The notes below the pieces were generated by a model that searched no databases, had not been told where the DNA came from, and saw only the letters and a list, made by a program, of their open reading frames with translations. Below, in pieces: positions 9,130 to 17,380 of a DNA stretch of 46,888 bases. Each line of letters starts with the position of its first letter. The stretch's first letter is position 1. Made by a program: the position numbers and the translations under genes. Origin of the DNA: a virus (Duplodnaviria > Caudoviricetes); the IMG/VR virus record IMGVR_UViG_3300005663_003087, positions 1 to 46,888 of that record. One strand, written 5' to 3'.

Positions 9130-9414
9130 ATGTCAAGCGAACTTGGCAAAAAAGTGCGAGAAATACGTGAAGCGGAGGAGATGGGACGCCAAGCCTTCTG
9201 CGATCTAATCGACGTGCCTAAGCAAACCCTCATCAATATTGAGATGGGGCGTAGCGGGCCGTCTGGGAAGCTATTGGCTGAAGTGAGTAAGGCGTTTACC
9301 AAATACACGCTATGGCTAATGACTGATCAGACAGACGAAGCATGCGGACAAATAAGCCCCGATATAGAGAGGGCGCGCCGCGAGTTGAAGCAAACGGGGA
9401 CGGGTACCAACTAG
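9130..9414 (+). CDS. XRE-family HTH repressor (P2 C / Pf4r-like)
   Basis: KVREIREAEEMGRQAFCDLIDVPKQTLINIEMG HTH; KYTLWLMT...GQISP motif. Confidence 0.88.
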   Translation: MSSELGKKVREIREAEEMGRQAFCDLIDVPKQTLINIEMGRSGPSGKLLAEVSKAFTKYTLWLMTDQTDEACGQISPDIERARRELKQTGTGTN

Positions 9415-9479
9415 CACAGAGGGTTGTGGATAGATGGTTCCAAGGGGGAAGGCATTGTGGATAAAGAGGGGCAAGCTAA

Positions 9480-10058
9480 ATGGGAGTAAACCCGTTTTCA
9501 GGAATTGCAGATTTACCAATAGCAATTTTTATATTTGTAGTGTTGTTAACGATATTTGTTTTTTTCACTAATATTTTTTTTAGTAAAAGAATAAAAAAGA
9601 GAAATAAGCTTAAAGAGAAAAACTACGCTCAAAATTTAATAGAGCGTGGTGGAGCTTATGTTGCTAAAAATAAACTGCTTACAGAATCTGAACAAAAAGT
9701 TTTTCACATACTGGCGAAAGAATATGGAGATACACACTACATATTCTGCCAAGTTAGAGTTTTAGATGTAATTGAGCCTAATCTGAAGAAGTATAAGTCT
9801 TTTACAAAAGAATATAAGTCGCTGTTCTGGCAGATTTCACAATGGCATTTTGATTATGTTTTGTGTGGTAAAGATGATTTTAGTATTTCATGCGTCCTTG
9901 AGTTAGATGACCCAAGTCATAATAGTCCGGAAAGAGTAAGAAGAGACAAGATATTGAATTCTGTCTGTAAAGATGCTGGAGTGTTTTTCAAAAGAATGAC
10001 CTTAGATTATAAAAGCAAAAAACTAACAGTAGAGAGAGTGTGTGGTGATATTTTATAA
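9480..10058 (+). CDS. DUF2726-like membrane-anchored protein
   Basis: N-terminal TM; LLTESE, QVRVLDVI, HFDYVLC, VLELDDPSH and RRDKILNSVC motifs; low GC. Confidence 0.8.
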   Translation: MGVNPFSGIADLPIAIFIFVVLLTIFVFFTNIFFSKRIKKRNKLKEKNYAQNLIERGGAYVAKNKLLTESEQKVFHILAKEYGDTHYIFCQVRVLDVIEPNLKKYKSFTKEYKSLFWQISQWHFDYVLCGKDDFSISCVLELDDPSHNSPERVRRDKILNSVCKDAGVFFKRMTLDYKSKKLTVERVCGDIL

Positions 10059-10971
10059 ATTTTGCAAAATCAATGAATATTTAATCCAGAGTTTATTTGA
10101 AAAGAATATTTATTTAAATGAGCCGAAGTATTTTAATGACCCAGCCGAAAGTAATTTTAAGATAGATTGGGCTGCTGATGTGGAAGAGATGAATAGAGGG
10201 CTGCCTGTTAAGCTTTTGATAGCGTTATTAGAAAAAGGTTTAATTAACACAAAGTATAAAGATTCCTTTGATACTCAAGATATCGAAGGCGATGCTCTTA
10301 TAAAACCTATGAACAGGAGTTTAATAGAGTCATTTTGTTACAAGATAATAAGAGATGCTCAGAAAAGCTATAGAATAACCTCTTTTACCACAAGTAACCT
10401 TAACCCGTTAATGTGGGGGCACTATAGCGATGGTATGAGAGGAGTTAGTTTAGGGTATAGATTGCCAGAAAATGAGCTAAAGAAAATTGTTTATGGGAAT
10501 CCTTATAGAGTTAATGTTAAAAACATAATTTTAGAGAGTGAAGAATCTGAAGTTGTCAACACCTTTCTCAGAAAACATAAAGACTGGAAATATGAAAAAG
10601 AATATAGATTGATAGGGCGGAATAAGTTTTATTCTATAGGAGATAAAGACTTACACTCAATAACTTTTGGTTATAGGTGCGATCCTGATAAAGCAAGATT
10701 TATAATGAAATTGGTTAATAAAGTTTATGATCATAAAGTTATTTTTAAAATTGCTATAAGTTCATTGTCCGATTATGGCATAACGAGTTTTGTGGTGGAA
10801 GATAGTGATGAGTTATTTAAGACTCTTAAAAATTATGAAAAAAGAGAGGAAATCTATGAGGAATTTGAAATGGATAGAACAGCTGATTACTTTTTAAGCT
10901 TACTGGATGATTTAGAAGATTTAGATAGTAATAGTGAAATTGAATTAACAGATATAAAGAATCCTTCTTAG
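10042..10971 (+). CDS. DUF2971-like protein
   Basis: FNDPAE, LMWGHYSDGMRGVSLGY and KHKDWKYEKEYR motifs; low GC. Confidence 0.78.
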   Translation: MVIFYKFCKINEYLIQSLFEKNIYLNEPKYFNDPAESNFKIDWAADVEEMNRGLPVKLLIALLEKGLINTKYKDSFDTQDIEGDALIKPMNRSLIESFCYKIIRDAQKSYRITSFTTSNLNPLMWGHYSDGMRGVSLGYRLPENELKKIVYGNPYRVNVKNIILESEESEVVNTFLRKHKDWKYEKEYRLIGRNKFYSIGDKDLHSITFGYRCDPDKARFIMKLVNKVYDHKVIFKIAISSLSDYGITSFVVEDSDELFKTLKNYEKREEIYEEFEMDRTADYFLSLLDDLEDLDSNSEIELTDIKNPS

Positions 10972-11084
10972 TGTCCACATTGCGACAACAAAACTTAGCT
11001 CTAGCGAGCCATAACGAGCTTTTTTCGTGGTGAAAATCCTTTAAAATCAATTCAGTATGCCATAGTGAGCAGGTGCGCCAAGGC

Positions 11085-11139
11085 TTCAAAATCCGCCGCC
11101 TTTACGGGTGTGCCAGTTCGAGTCTGGCTACCGGCACCA
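11085..11139 (+). repeat. att core: duplicated 3' half of tRNA-Leu(CAA)
   Basis: TTCAAAA anticodon loop, long variable arm, GCCAG-TTCGAGT-CTGGC T-arm, acceptor strand ending CCA; 5' half absent. Confidence 0.88.
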
Positions 11140-11147
11140 AATATATC

Positions 11148-11179
11148 AAGGGCTTAGCTTACATCGCTAAGCCCTTTTT
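11148..11179 (+). terminator. Intrinsic terminator
   Basis: AAGGGCTTAGC-7nt-GCTAAGCCCTT followed by TTT. Confidence 0.85.
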
Positions 11180-11232
11180 ATTGGGCGCTATTTCAAAAGT
11201 GTCCACAAAGTGTCCGCAGAGCTTTACTTATC

Positions 11233-11330
11233 TGTAAACGCGCGGCATATTTGGCATAAGCTCGCAGAGTAATTGGCATAGGTGCGTGGAGTGTTGGAGT
11301 CGTGGCATTCGCGGCATATTTGGCACTACT
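11233..11330. repeat. Mu-like terminal sequence with transposase-binding repeats
   Basis: Starts TGT; CGCGGCATATTTGGCA at 11241 and 11310; TTGGCATA at 11251 and 11273 (22-bp spacing). Confidence 0.65.
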
Positions 11331-11345
11331 CAAATGCCTATCACT

Positions 11346-11612
11346 TTATAAGTCTAACCAATTGTATAAAAGCCCAAGCTTGGCACACTTTGCAAATTCA
11401 CAGACCTGCTCATAAGAAAACTCAGGGCTTGAATTACGTCTTCTAGCAATTTCCTCGACTGTCATCCCTTCCAGATTAAACAGGCGATCATGGCACTGAA
11501 GCTCATCTTGAGGGTTATAAAAGATAACCCTTGTATTGCCATCCTTTAAAAGAGCGCTGCTATCTACAAGCCAATTCATACCAATGCTATTTTCGTCTTG
11601 GGCAGCGCTCAT
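11346..11612 (-). CDS. Hypothetical protein (low-GC terminal moron)
   Basis: 88-aa ORF directly after the methylase. Confidence 0.55.
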   Translation of the reverse strand: MSAAQDENSIGMNWLVDSSALLKDGNTRVIFYNPQDELQCHDRLFNLEGMTVEEIARRRNSSPEFSYEQVCEFAKCAKLGLLYNWLDL

Positions 11613-11622
11613 AATTTATTCC

Positions 11623-12414
11623 TTAAAATAGCCCCGCCGGTTCTGCCTCCACATCCCAACTGAAGATCAGCACCTCTTTGGCATCTGAGCCTTTGCCGCC
11701 GCCAACTGTGTAGCGTATGTCGGTGGTTTCGATGTGGTAGCCTGCGAAGATCCGGCGGATGTCTGGGTGGTCGTTGAGGCTGATGATGGCCTTGCCCTTG
11801 AGCTTGGCCAGCATGCTCGCCATTTGCTCGTACTGCTCTATGCCAAAGGGTACCCCATATCCCTCTGTCTGCCAGTAGGGTGGGTCCATATAAAAGAGGG
11901 TGTGTGGGCGGTCATACCGTTCAATGCAGTCCTGCCAGCTTAGGTGCTCGATGAAGGTGCTTGATAGGCGCAAGTGGGCCGCTGATAGCGTTTCCTCTAA
12001 GCGCAGCAGGTTCAAGCCTGGTGGTGTGGTAGTGGCAGTGCCAAACGTTTGGCCTTCGATGCGGGCACCGAAAGCGTTCTGCTGTAGGTAATAGAAGCGA
12101 GCTGCACGTTGTATGTCAGTTAGCGTTTCGGGCCGTGTCACCTTCAGCCACTCAAAGACCTGGCGGCTTGAGAGTGCCCACTTAAACTGCCTTACGAACT
12201 CTTCTAGATGGTTCTGCACAACACGGTAGAGGTTCACTAGGTCGCCGTTAACATCGTTAAGCACCTCGACGTCGGCGGGCGATGGGCGCAGAAAGAACAG
12301 TGCAGCCCCTCCTGCGAAGGGCTCTACGTAGCACTGGTGCGGCGGCATCAGGGGAAAGATACGGTCAGCGAGGCGGCGCTTGCCGCCCATCCAGGGAATG
12401 ATTGGGGTAGCCAC
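11623..12414 (-). CDS. DNA adenine methyltransferase (Dam/D12 class) in the mom position
   Basis: PWMGGK, YVEPFAGGAA and DPPY motifs; GTG start. Confidence 0.93.
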   Translation of the reverse strand: MATPIIPWMGGKRRLADRIFPLMPPHQCYVEPFAGGAALFFLRPSPADVEVLNDVNGDLVNLYRVVQNHLEEFVRQFKWALSSRQVFEWLKVTRPETLTDIQRAARFYYLQQNAFGARIEGQTFGTATTTPPGLNLLRLEETLSAAHLRLSSTFIEHLSWQDCIERYDRPHTLFYMDPPYWQTEGYGVPFGIEQYEQMASMLAKLKGKAIISLNDHPDIRRIFAGYHIETTDIRYTVGGGKGSDAKEVLIFSWDVEAEPAGLF

Positions 12415-12562
12415 GAGGCATCTCCTTTAGGGGTTTGGAGCTCGTGGCTCTCTGCTGGTTTAGGTGCCTGCAGCGCGGGCACTTTATTTCTATGAACTGG
12501 TAGTCGCTGACGTTGGCCAGCTTGCGATTGCACTGCTCACAACGGATTTCAATTAACACCAT
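12365..12562 (-). CDS. com: Com-family zinc-finger translational regulator
   Basis: IRCEQCNRKLA...IEIKCPRC; overlaps the methylase start as Mu com overlaps mom. Confidence 0.88.
   Translation of the reverse strand: MVLIEIRCEQCNRKLANVSDYQFIEIKCPRCRHLNQQRATSSKPLKEMPRGYPNHSLDGRQAPPR
12409..12449 (-). promoter_or_regulatory. Translation-inhibitory hairpin over the methylase SD and GTG
   Basis: AGCCACGAG-CTCC...GGAG-atgc-CTCGTGGCT. Confidence 0.75.
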
Positions 12563-12605
12563 GTCAAGCCTATGACGAATCTAACGTTTGGCTTAGACTC
12601 TCTAA

Positions 12606-12702
12606 CGCCTAGCTAGGCAGGGGAGTCCAGGCCGACTTGCAGGTGTGTTGCTTGTTGGTGGCCACCTCAGGTGTTCCAGCACCTTGGGTGGTCACTCCTC
12701 TT
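12606..12702 (+). ncRNA. Candidate structured small RNA upstream of com
   Basis: Multi-stem fold with several G-U pairs on the + strand; TAGACT -10-like box at 12594. Confidence 0.5.
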
Positions 12703-12819
12703 CTGCTACATTATTTAAGTATTGCCCCTTATAGGGGATGATCGAGAGTGATCACTTTGTCACTAGCGGTTGAAAGAGAGTAGCCCCCGATTAGGGGGAT
12801 CAAGCTCACGGATGAGCTT

Positions 12820-13215
12820 CTACACCTCCCAGCTCAGCCCCTCAATGCTATCAATCTCGCCCGCAACTACTTGCGCCTGGTACTGGCCTTCCAGGGCGAT
12901 CAATGCGCCCCGGCGCTGGGCGATGGCGTGCAGTGCTTGCTCGACTTCTGATAGCGGGTGGTTGTTATGCCAGCTGCCATCGCTGTCTTTCCATGCTACA
13001 AATGTTGCTTGCTGGCCCTCTCTAGCGAACTGAACTACCTCCATTAACGCTGCACGGTTAGCAGGGTCACCGCTGTAGCGGATGCCATTCACAGTAACAC
13101 CCAGAGCCTCAGCGGCTTTGCGCTTTTCTTCTAGCTTCGCAAGTAAATTGGCCGCGTGTTGTTCTGCTCGCTGTTCAAGGGTTGTTACCTCAGCATCATT
13201 GAGCCAGCTCATCAT
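12820..13215 (-). CDS. Tail fibre-associated protein (DUF4376-like)
   Basis: GVTVNGIRYSGD...WKDSDG pattern; follows the fibre gene. Confidence 0.6.
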   Translation of the reverse strand: MMSWLNDAEVTTLEQRAEQHAANLLAKLEEKRKAAEALGVTVNGIRYSGDPANRAALMEVVQFAREGQQATFVAWKDSDGSWHNNHPLSEVEQALHAIAQRRGALIALEGQYQAQVVAGEIDSIEGLSWEV

Positions 13216-13510
13216 TACTCTCCTCAGCATTATAAAGTGGCAAAGTTACTGGCCCACTATGATCAATAAGAATAATAGGCTCTGGAAAACGCGTTTCTAC
13301 AGGAGCGTTATCCCCAAAACCCATTCTGATTGTGCATTCATACTCATCACTGAAACGGAAAACTTTACCCAAAACTGGGTGGTATGCCGTAGCACCGTCC
13401 GGCAGCTCCGAAAGATCATAATCAACCTGATCCACTGTGAGTACAGTTCCGTTAAGCGCAACTTTAGTTTCTATATCCAAGCTTGGATTTAAATTTAACG
13501 TTAACTTCAT
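13196..13510 (-). CDS. Tail fibre-associated hypothetical protein
   Basis: Coupled to the fibre stop; ETRFPEPI...GPVTLP motif. Confidence 0.6.
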   Translation of the reverse strand: MKLTLNLNPSLDIETKVALNGTVLTVDQVDYDLSELPDGATAYHPVLGKVFRFSDEYECTIRMGFGDNAPVETRFPEPIILIDHSGPVTLPLYNAEESNDELAQ

Positions 13511-15069
13511 GCGTGCCATCTCCCCACCGCCAGTGCCTGTACATTTAAACTACCTTCATCAATAAAAGATCCACTGGAAAGCAGCGCTATCCTTGCCGTA
13601 GTTAACGTATCAATACCTTGCTGATCCTCCCATTCAATCCCACCCCTGTAAGACGCGGGCGGCGCGCTGCCTCCTGATTGCCTCAATGGCATAAAATCAA
13701 CAATCCTACCGCCATTAATAAAAGGGGCTGGGAACGTCCAGTCGGTGCGCAGCGTGGACGTGTTTATATACTGCAAAGAAAGTGTATTTCTAATGCATAC
13801 TTGCAAACCGCCGATATACCTAAACGCAACGCCACTCGCGGCAAATATGATTTGAGCAATCGCGCCTGTGGGCACACCCTCAATTTGAGACACCACACCT
13901 ACAGAGTTTCTCGTCCCAAACGAAATATCCCACGGAGACCATGTAATGCCGCCATCGTTTGAATAGCGGTGCGCTTTTAATATTACGGCGCTGGAGATTC
14001 GCTCTAATGCATCATGATAAATTCTGTTGCTATCTGAATTATTGTTGCTGACTACTAAGCTACACGTAGTCATAGATGAGCCAGAGGGAGTATCAGAGTT
14101 ACCCGTACCGCCAATAAAGTAAGTTCCGGAAATAGTAAAAATATTGAGGCTTACACCAAAAAAGGCATTGCTTTTACCGGCGCCGGTGCCAAGTCCGCGA
14201 AAGCCTTCCACCATCAACGACCCCTCACCACCCACAACACCACGGCCAGCCGCTGCGCTTAACTCATCTCTTTTAGCGTACTGAGAATGAGGGTCTTCCC
14301 CATCAACGTGTTCGCTGATCGCTGTATTTGCCGCTTGTTGACTGGCGCTGGCGGCTTGCTCTGAGGCGGCCTGCGCGCCTTCAGCGCCGCCACGTGCAGT
14401 CTCAGCTAGCCCTCGTTCTTCAGCTGCTTTTGTCGCAGCTTGCTGAGCTTCAGTCTTGGCGATTTCAACAGCGTTTAGATCACCGTAGAGTGCTTCGGAT
14501 TGGTTCCTAGCCTCTATTGACGCGTCAGCAGCATCACTTGAGGCACCGGCTGCCTGCTCACTAGCCAGGCGGTCATCGGCCACAGCTTGGCGATCGATGG
14601 CTACTTGTTCGGCGGCATCGTCAACCAAGCCTTTCTGCTGATCAACGTGGGTACGATCGTCTGCAACCGCTTGCCGATCGGTGGCTACTTGTTCGGCAGC
14701 GCCATCAACCAAGCCTTTCTGCTGGTTCACATGGGTGCGATCGGCAGCAACCGTTTGCTTGTCAGTGGCCACCTGCTCAGCAGCGGTATCAACCAAGCCT
14801 TTCTGCTGGTTCACATGGGTGCGATCGGCAGCAACTGCCTGCCTGTCAGTGGCCACTTCTTGGCGCAGTGTTTGGCACTGCTGGACAAATCCAGATGCCG
14901 CTGACGCACTGCTCTGCGCTGATAGCCCCATGACCACCGCTTGCTGCAAGCAGGGAATGAACCGGACGGTATAGCCCAGGCCATCAAGGCCCGTATCCGG
15001 GTCGGCGTCGTCGGTGTAGGTCTGGCCGTTGCCGCCCAGCGCCTCGGGGAAAGTAACGCTATTGGCCAT
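13507..15069 (-). CDS. Tail fibre / receptor-binding protein
   Basis: Ala-rich coiled-coil repeats, DPHSQY motif, variable low-GC C-terminus. Confidence 0.8.
   Translation of the reverse strand: MANSVTFPEALGGNGQTYTDDADPDTGLDGLGYTVRFIPCLQQAVVMGLSAQSSASAASGFVQQCQTLRQEVATDRQAVAADRTHVNQQKGLVDTAAEQVATDKQTVAADRTHVNQQKGLVDGAAEQVATDRQAVADDRTHVDQQKGLVDDAAEQVAIDRQAVADDRLASEQAAGASSDAADASIEARNQSEALYGDLNAVEIAKTEAQQAATKAAEERGLAETARGGAEGAQAASEQAASASQQAANTAISEHVDGEDPHSQYAKRDELSAAAGRGVVGGEGSLMVEGFRGLGTGAGKSNAFFGVSLNIFTISGTYFIGGTGNSDTPSGSSMTTCSLVVSNNNSDSNRIYHDALERISSAVILKAHRYSNDGGITWSPWDISFGTRNSVGVVSQIEGVPTGAIAQIIFAASGVAFRYIGGLQVCIRNTLSLQYINTSTLRTDWTFPAPFINGGRIVDFMPLRQSGGSAPPASYRGGIEWEDQQGIDTLTTARIALLSSGSFIDEGSLNVQALAVGRWHA
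14575..14860 (-). repeat. 84-bp (28-aa) tandem repeat, about 3.5 copies, in the tail fibre
   Basis: TCAACCAAGCCTTTCTGCTG recurs at 14621, 14705 and 14789. Confidence 0.9.
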
Positions 15070-15944
15070 TAGAGTATCTCCAGGAGTGACATGGCGTTTT
15101 CGTAGTTTGCTAAATAGGGGTGCGTGATGCCGTTCAGCTCGGTTTGCTGGGCAATCATCGTGCGGGCAAAGTTGGCCGCGCTGGGTACCGGCGAATAGAG
15201 GTAGAGGATTTCGCCGACAACGTCCTGAGTGCGCTGTAAGCGGTGTACGCGCAGGAACGCCTCATCTTCATTGAGGTTGGATAACTGAAAGCTAACGGTG
15301 CGCTTGGGCGTCAGGCGGCGGGCATAGCCGGTTCGTGCCATGTCGCCTGCTCGGGTGATTTGGGTACCGCTGTCATAGCCGTCCTGAACGCCGTAGTCGA
15401 GGTTGTAACGGGGCTGCCACACATCAGCAAGCATCACCCTGCCAAGCGTTATAGCGCCTTCAAGATTGCCCGTATCGAGCAGCTCCACATGTACGCTGCT
15501 GCCTAGCAGGCGGTCAGCGAAGAACTGCGTCATCAGAGGCGTGTAAGTGGTGCGATCTTCTTCCGTCAGGCGGCGGTTCCAAAAGTTATCGTTGCCCCAC
15601 ACCACATCATCAAGGCCGTACACTACTGGCCAGACGTTTTGCCAATCAGTGTCATAGATCAGATCCGTTTGCTCAGCATCCCGATAAACCCGCGTCCGTA
15701 CCGTCGCTGCTGCGCTCAGGTTGTGAGCGAGAATGGCCAACACATACAGCGGGCGACGGCGATCCGTCGTGATTGAAAACTGGGTATGTGCTGGGTCGAG
15801 CGATGCCGTTTTAGCAACGACAGACGTACGGTCATCCTGCACGTGCTCCAGCGGTAATGACGGCACCCATTCACCACCGCTCACTTCTGCCGCATCGATG
15901 TAGTTGGGCCAGCACAGCGCTATTTTTTTAGGATCAAGTGCCAT
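15069..15944 (-). CDS. Tail tip / distal tail protein
   Basis: Position between tape measure and fibre genes; about 290 aa. Confidence 0.6.
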   Translation of the reverse strand: MALDPKKIALCWPNYIDAAEVSGGEWVPSLPLEHVQDDRTSVVAKTASLDPAHTQFSITTDRRRPLYVLAILAHNLSAAATVRTRVYRDAEQTDLIYDTDWQNVWPVVYGLDDVVWGNDNFWNRRLTEEDRTTYTPLMTQFFADRLLGSSVHVELLDTGNLEGAITLGRVMLADVWQPRYNLDYGVQDGYDSGTQITRAGDMARTGYARRLTPKRTVSFQLSNLNEDEAFLRVHRLQRTQDVVGEILYLYSPVPSAANFARTMIAQQTELNGITHPYLANYENAMSLLEIL

Positions 15945-15946
15945 GG

Positions 15947-17380
15947 TTAGCCCCATAGGTTGAGAGTAAGTTCGTCGGTTTGAGCATTGAGCCGAAAGCC
16001 CGTGACCCGCATTGCCCGGCCATTGCCGTAGCCCTGGCGTGGTGTGATCAATGTTAGGTTGCCGCTTACGGTGGGTATTAGTGCCTCCATTGCTTCGACC
16101 GTTACGGTGTCTCGGCGCACACCCAATAACGTGAGTACGCGTTGTGCCACTAACTCGCTTGGGGCGTAGCTGGCCAACACGCTGTTAATCGTAATTTCAC
16201 CGGCTAGCGGGTGGCGTGTTCGCACCGCTTCATTGGTAGCGACGACGCGGCGGGTTTGCTGACCAAGGCGTGCCCGTCTAGCTTCTGAAACGTTGCTTTG
16301 TAGGTCCGGCTGTACGGTCTCAATGCGGTCACATTCCAGCGTCACTCGCCACACAGGCAAACCACCTTCACCTGCCCCAGTAGCGCTACGGCTGATCGTT
16401 GCGATTGAGTAGTCGTTGATAGTCTCAGAGGTAGGCTCAGGCGCTTCCCAAATGCCCAAGCGCAACTGCTGGCCAGGCTGCACCGTTAGAAATCCGCCTA
16501 TGCTCTCAGCGATACGGTCGAGCAGCTCCAGCGTGTTGGTGTCGGTAGTGATATAGAAGCGCACCGCGCCATAGGCGTTGAGCTTTGCCACGTCGTCTTC
16601 ATGCAGGGTGTAGCCACGCGCAGCAGCCAGGGATTCAGCAACGGCCCCGGCGCGTGGGTCGGCTTGCTCTGCATCGACAGTGAGCGTGCCCGTGGCGTTA
16701 TCGCCAAGGCGCACATAACCCTGATAGGCACGAAATGTGCCTTCGACCGGTGCGGTGCTTTGGAGTTGCGCCAGGCTGGTGTAAGTACCACCGTTGTCGA
16801 GCGCGACGCCTCTGTCGTAAACCGCTTGAATTGTGCAGTCAGCCAGTGACGACACCTGGTAGATGAGTTTGGCTGTGTTGACCTGCACTGGCTGCGCATT
16901 ACGCACTTCACCGAACACCAGCGGCTTGGGTTCGCCAGCGATATCGTCCTGCGTGCCTTCCAGCCCATCGGGCAGCACGTTATCCCCCGTGTATGTCTGC
17001 ATTGGGTGGGGCGATCGCATCGGCTCCAATGGGTCACGAAGCACCACCGACACTTCATCATCTGAAAACGCCAGGCGTGCCACTGTGCCCACCACTTGCG
17101 GGACGCCGTTAAAGGCCAGAATCATTTCACGGCCATCGACGGCGTAGTCAGCGAGGTAATCCAGCCCGCCATCAGTGTTGATCAGCGTCGTCTCGCCATA
17201 GCCGCTACGGCTTTGCTGTAGCAGTTGCCCCGCGTAGAGGCCCGCCTCATAAAGCCCTGGCTGCTGGATACGAGGATCATAGAAGTTGTCTTCTGCATCC
17301 AGATAACGGCCCAGGCTAAAGCGAAGCGTTTGGGGCTGGTTCTCTTCATCGCGGGCTTGCAGTGTGAGCGTCCAGGTCAT
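15947..17380 (-). CDS. Tail tip / baseplate hub-like protein
   Basis: KPLVFGEVRNAQPV motif; follows the tape measure gene. Confidence 0.6.
   Translation of the reverse strand: MTWTLTLQARDEENQPQTLRFSLGRYLDAEDNFYDPRIQQPGLYEAGLYAGQLLQQSRSGYGETTLINTDGGLDYLADYAVDGREMILAFNGVPQVVGTVARLAFSDDEVSVVLRDPLEPMRSPHPMQTYTGDNVLPDGLEGTQDDIAGEPKPLVFGEVRNAQPVQVNTAKLIYQVSSLADCTIQAVYDRGVALDNGGTYTSLAQLQSTAPVEGTFRAYQGYVRLGDNATGTLTVDAEQADPRAGAVAESLAAARGYTLHEDDVAKLNAYGAVRFYITTDTNTLELLDRIAESIGGFLTVQPGQQLRLGIWEAPEPTSETINDYSIATISRSATGAGEGGLPVWRVTLECDRIETVQPDLQSNVSEARRARLGQQTRRVVATNEAVRTRHPLAGEITINSVLASYAPSELVAQRVLTLLGVRRDTVTVEAMEALIPTVSGNLTLITPRQGYGNGRAMRVTGFRLNAQTDELTLNLWG

Larger units (their letters stand above)
1..11139 (-). 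mobile_element. Integrated filamentous prophage (inovirus); left att lies just outside the window
   Basis: Gene order int-rep-pIV-pI(Zot)-pVI-pIII-pVIII-pIX-pVII-pV-xis / repressor, then cargo, bounded by a tRNA 3' fragment. Confidence 0.95.

Noticed and set aside
11040-11139. Complete tRNA-Leu gene
   Set aside because: The 5' acceptor strand, D-arm and 5' anticodon stem are missing; this is only the att duplication
14575-14860. CRISPR-like or DGR-like repeat array
   Set aside because: Repeats are in-frame coding units without unique spacers; no cas or reverse transcriptase gene is in the window
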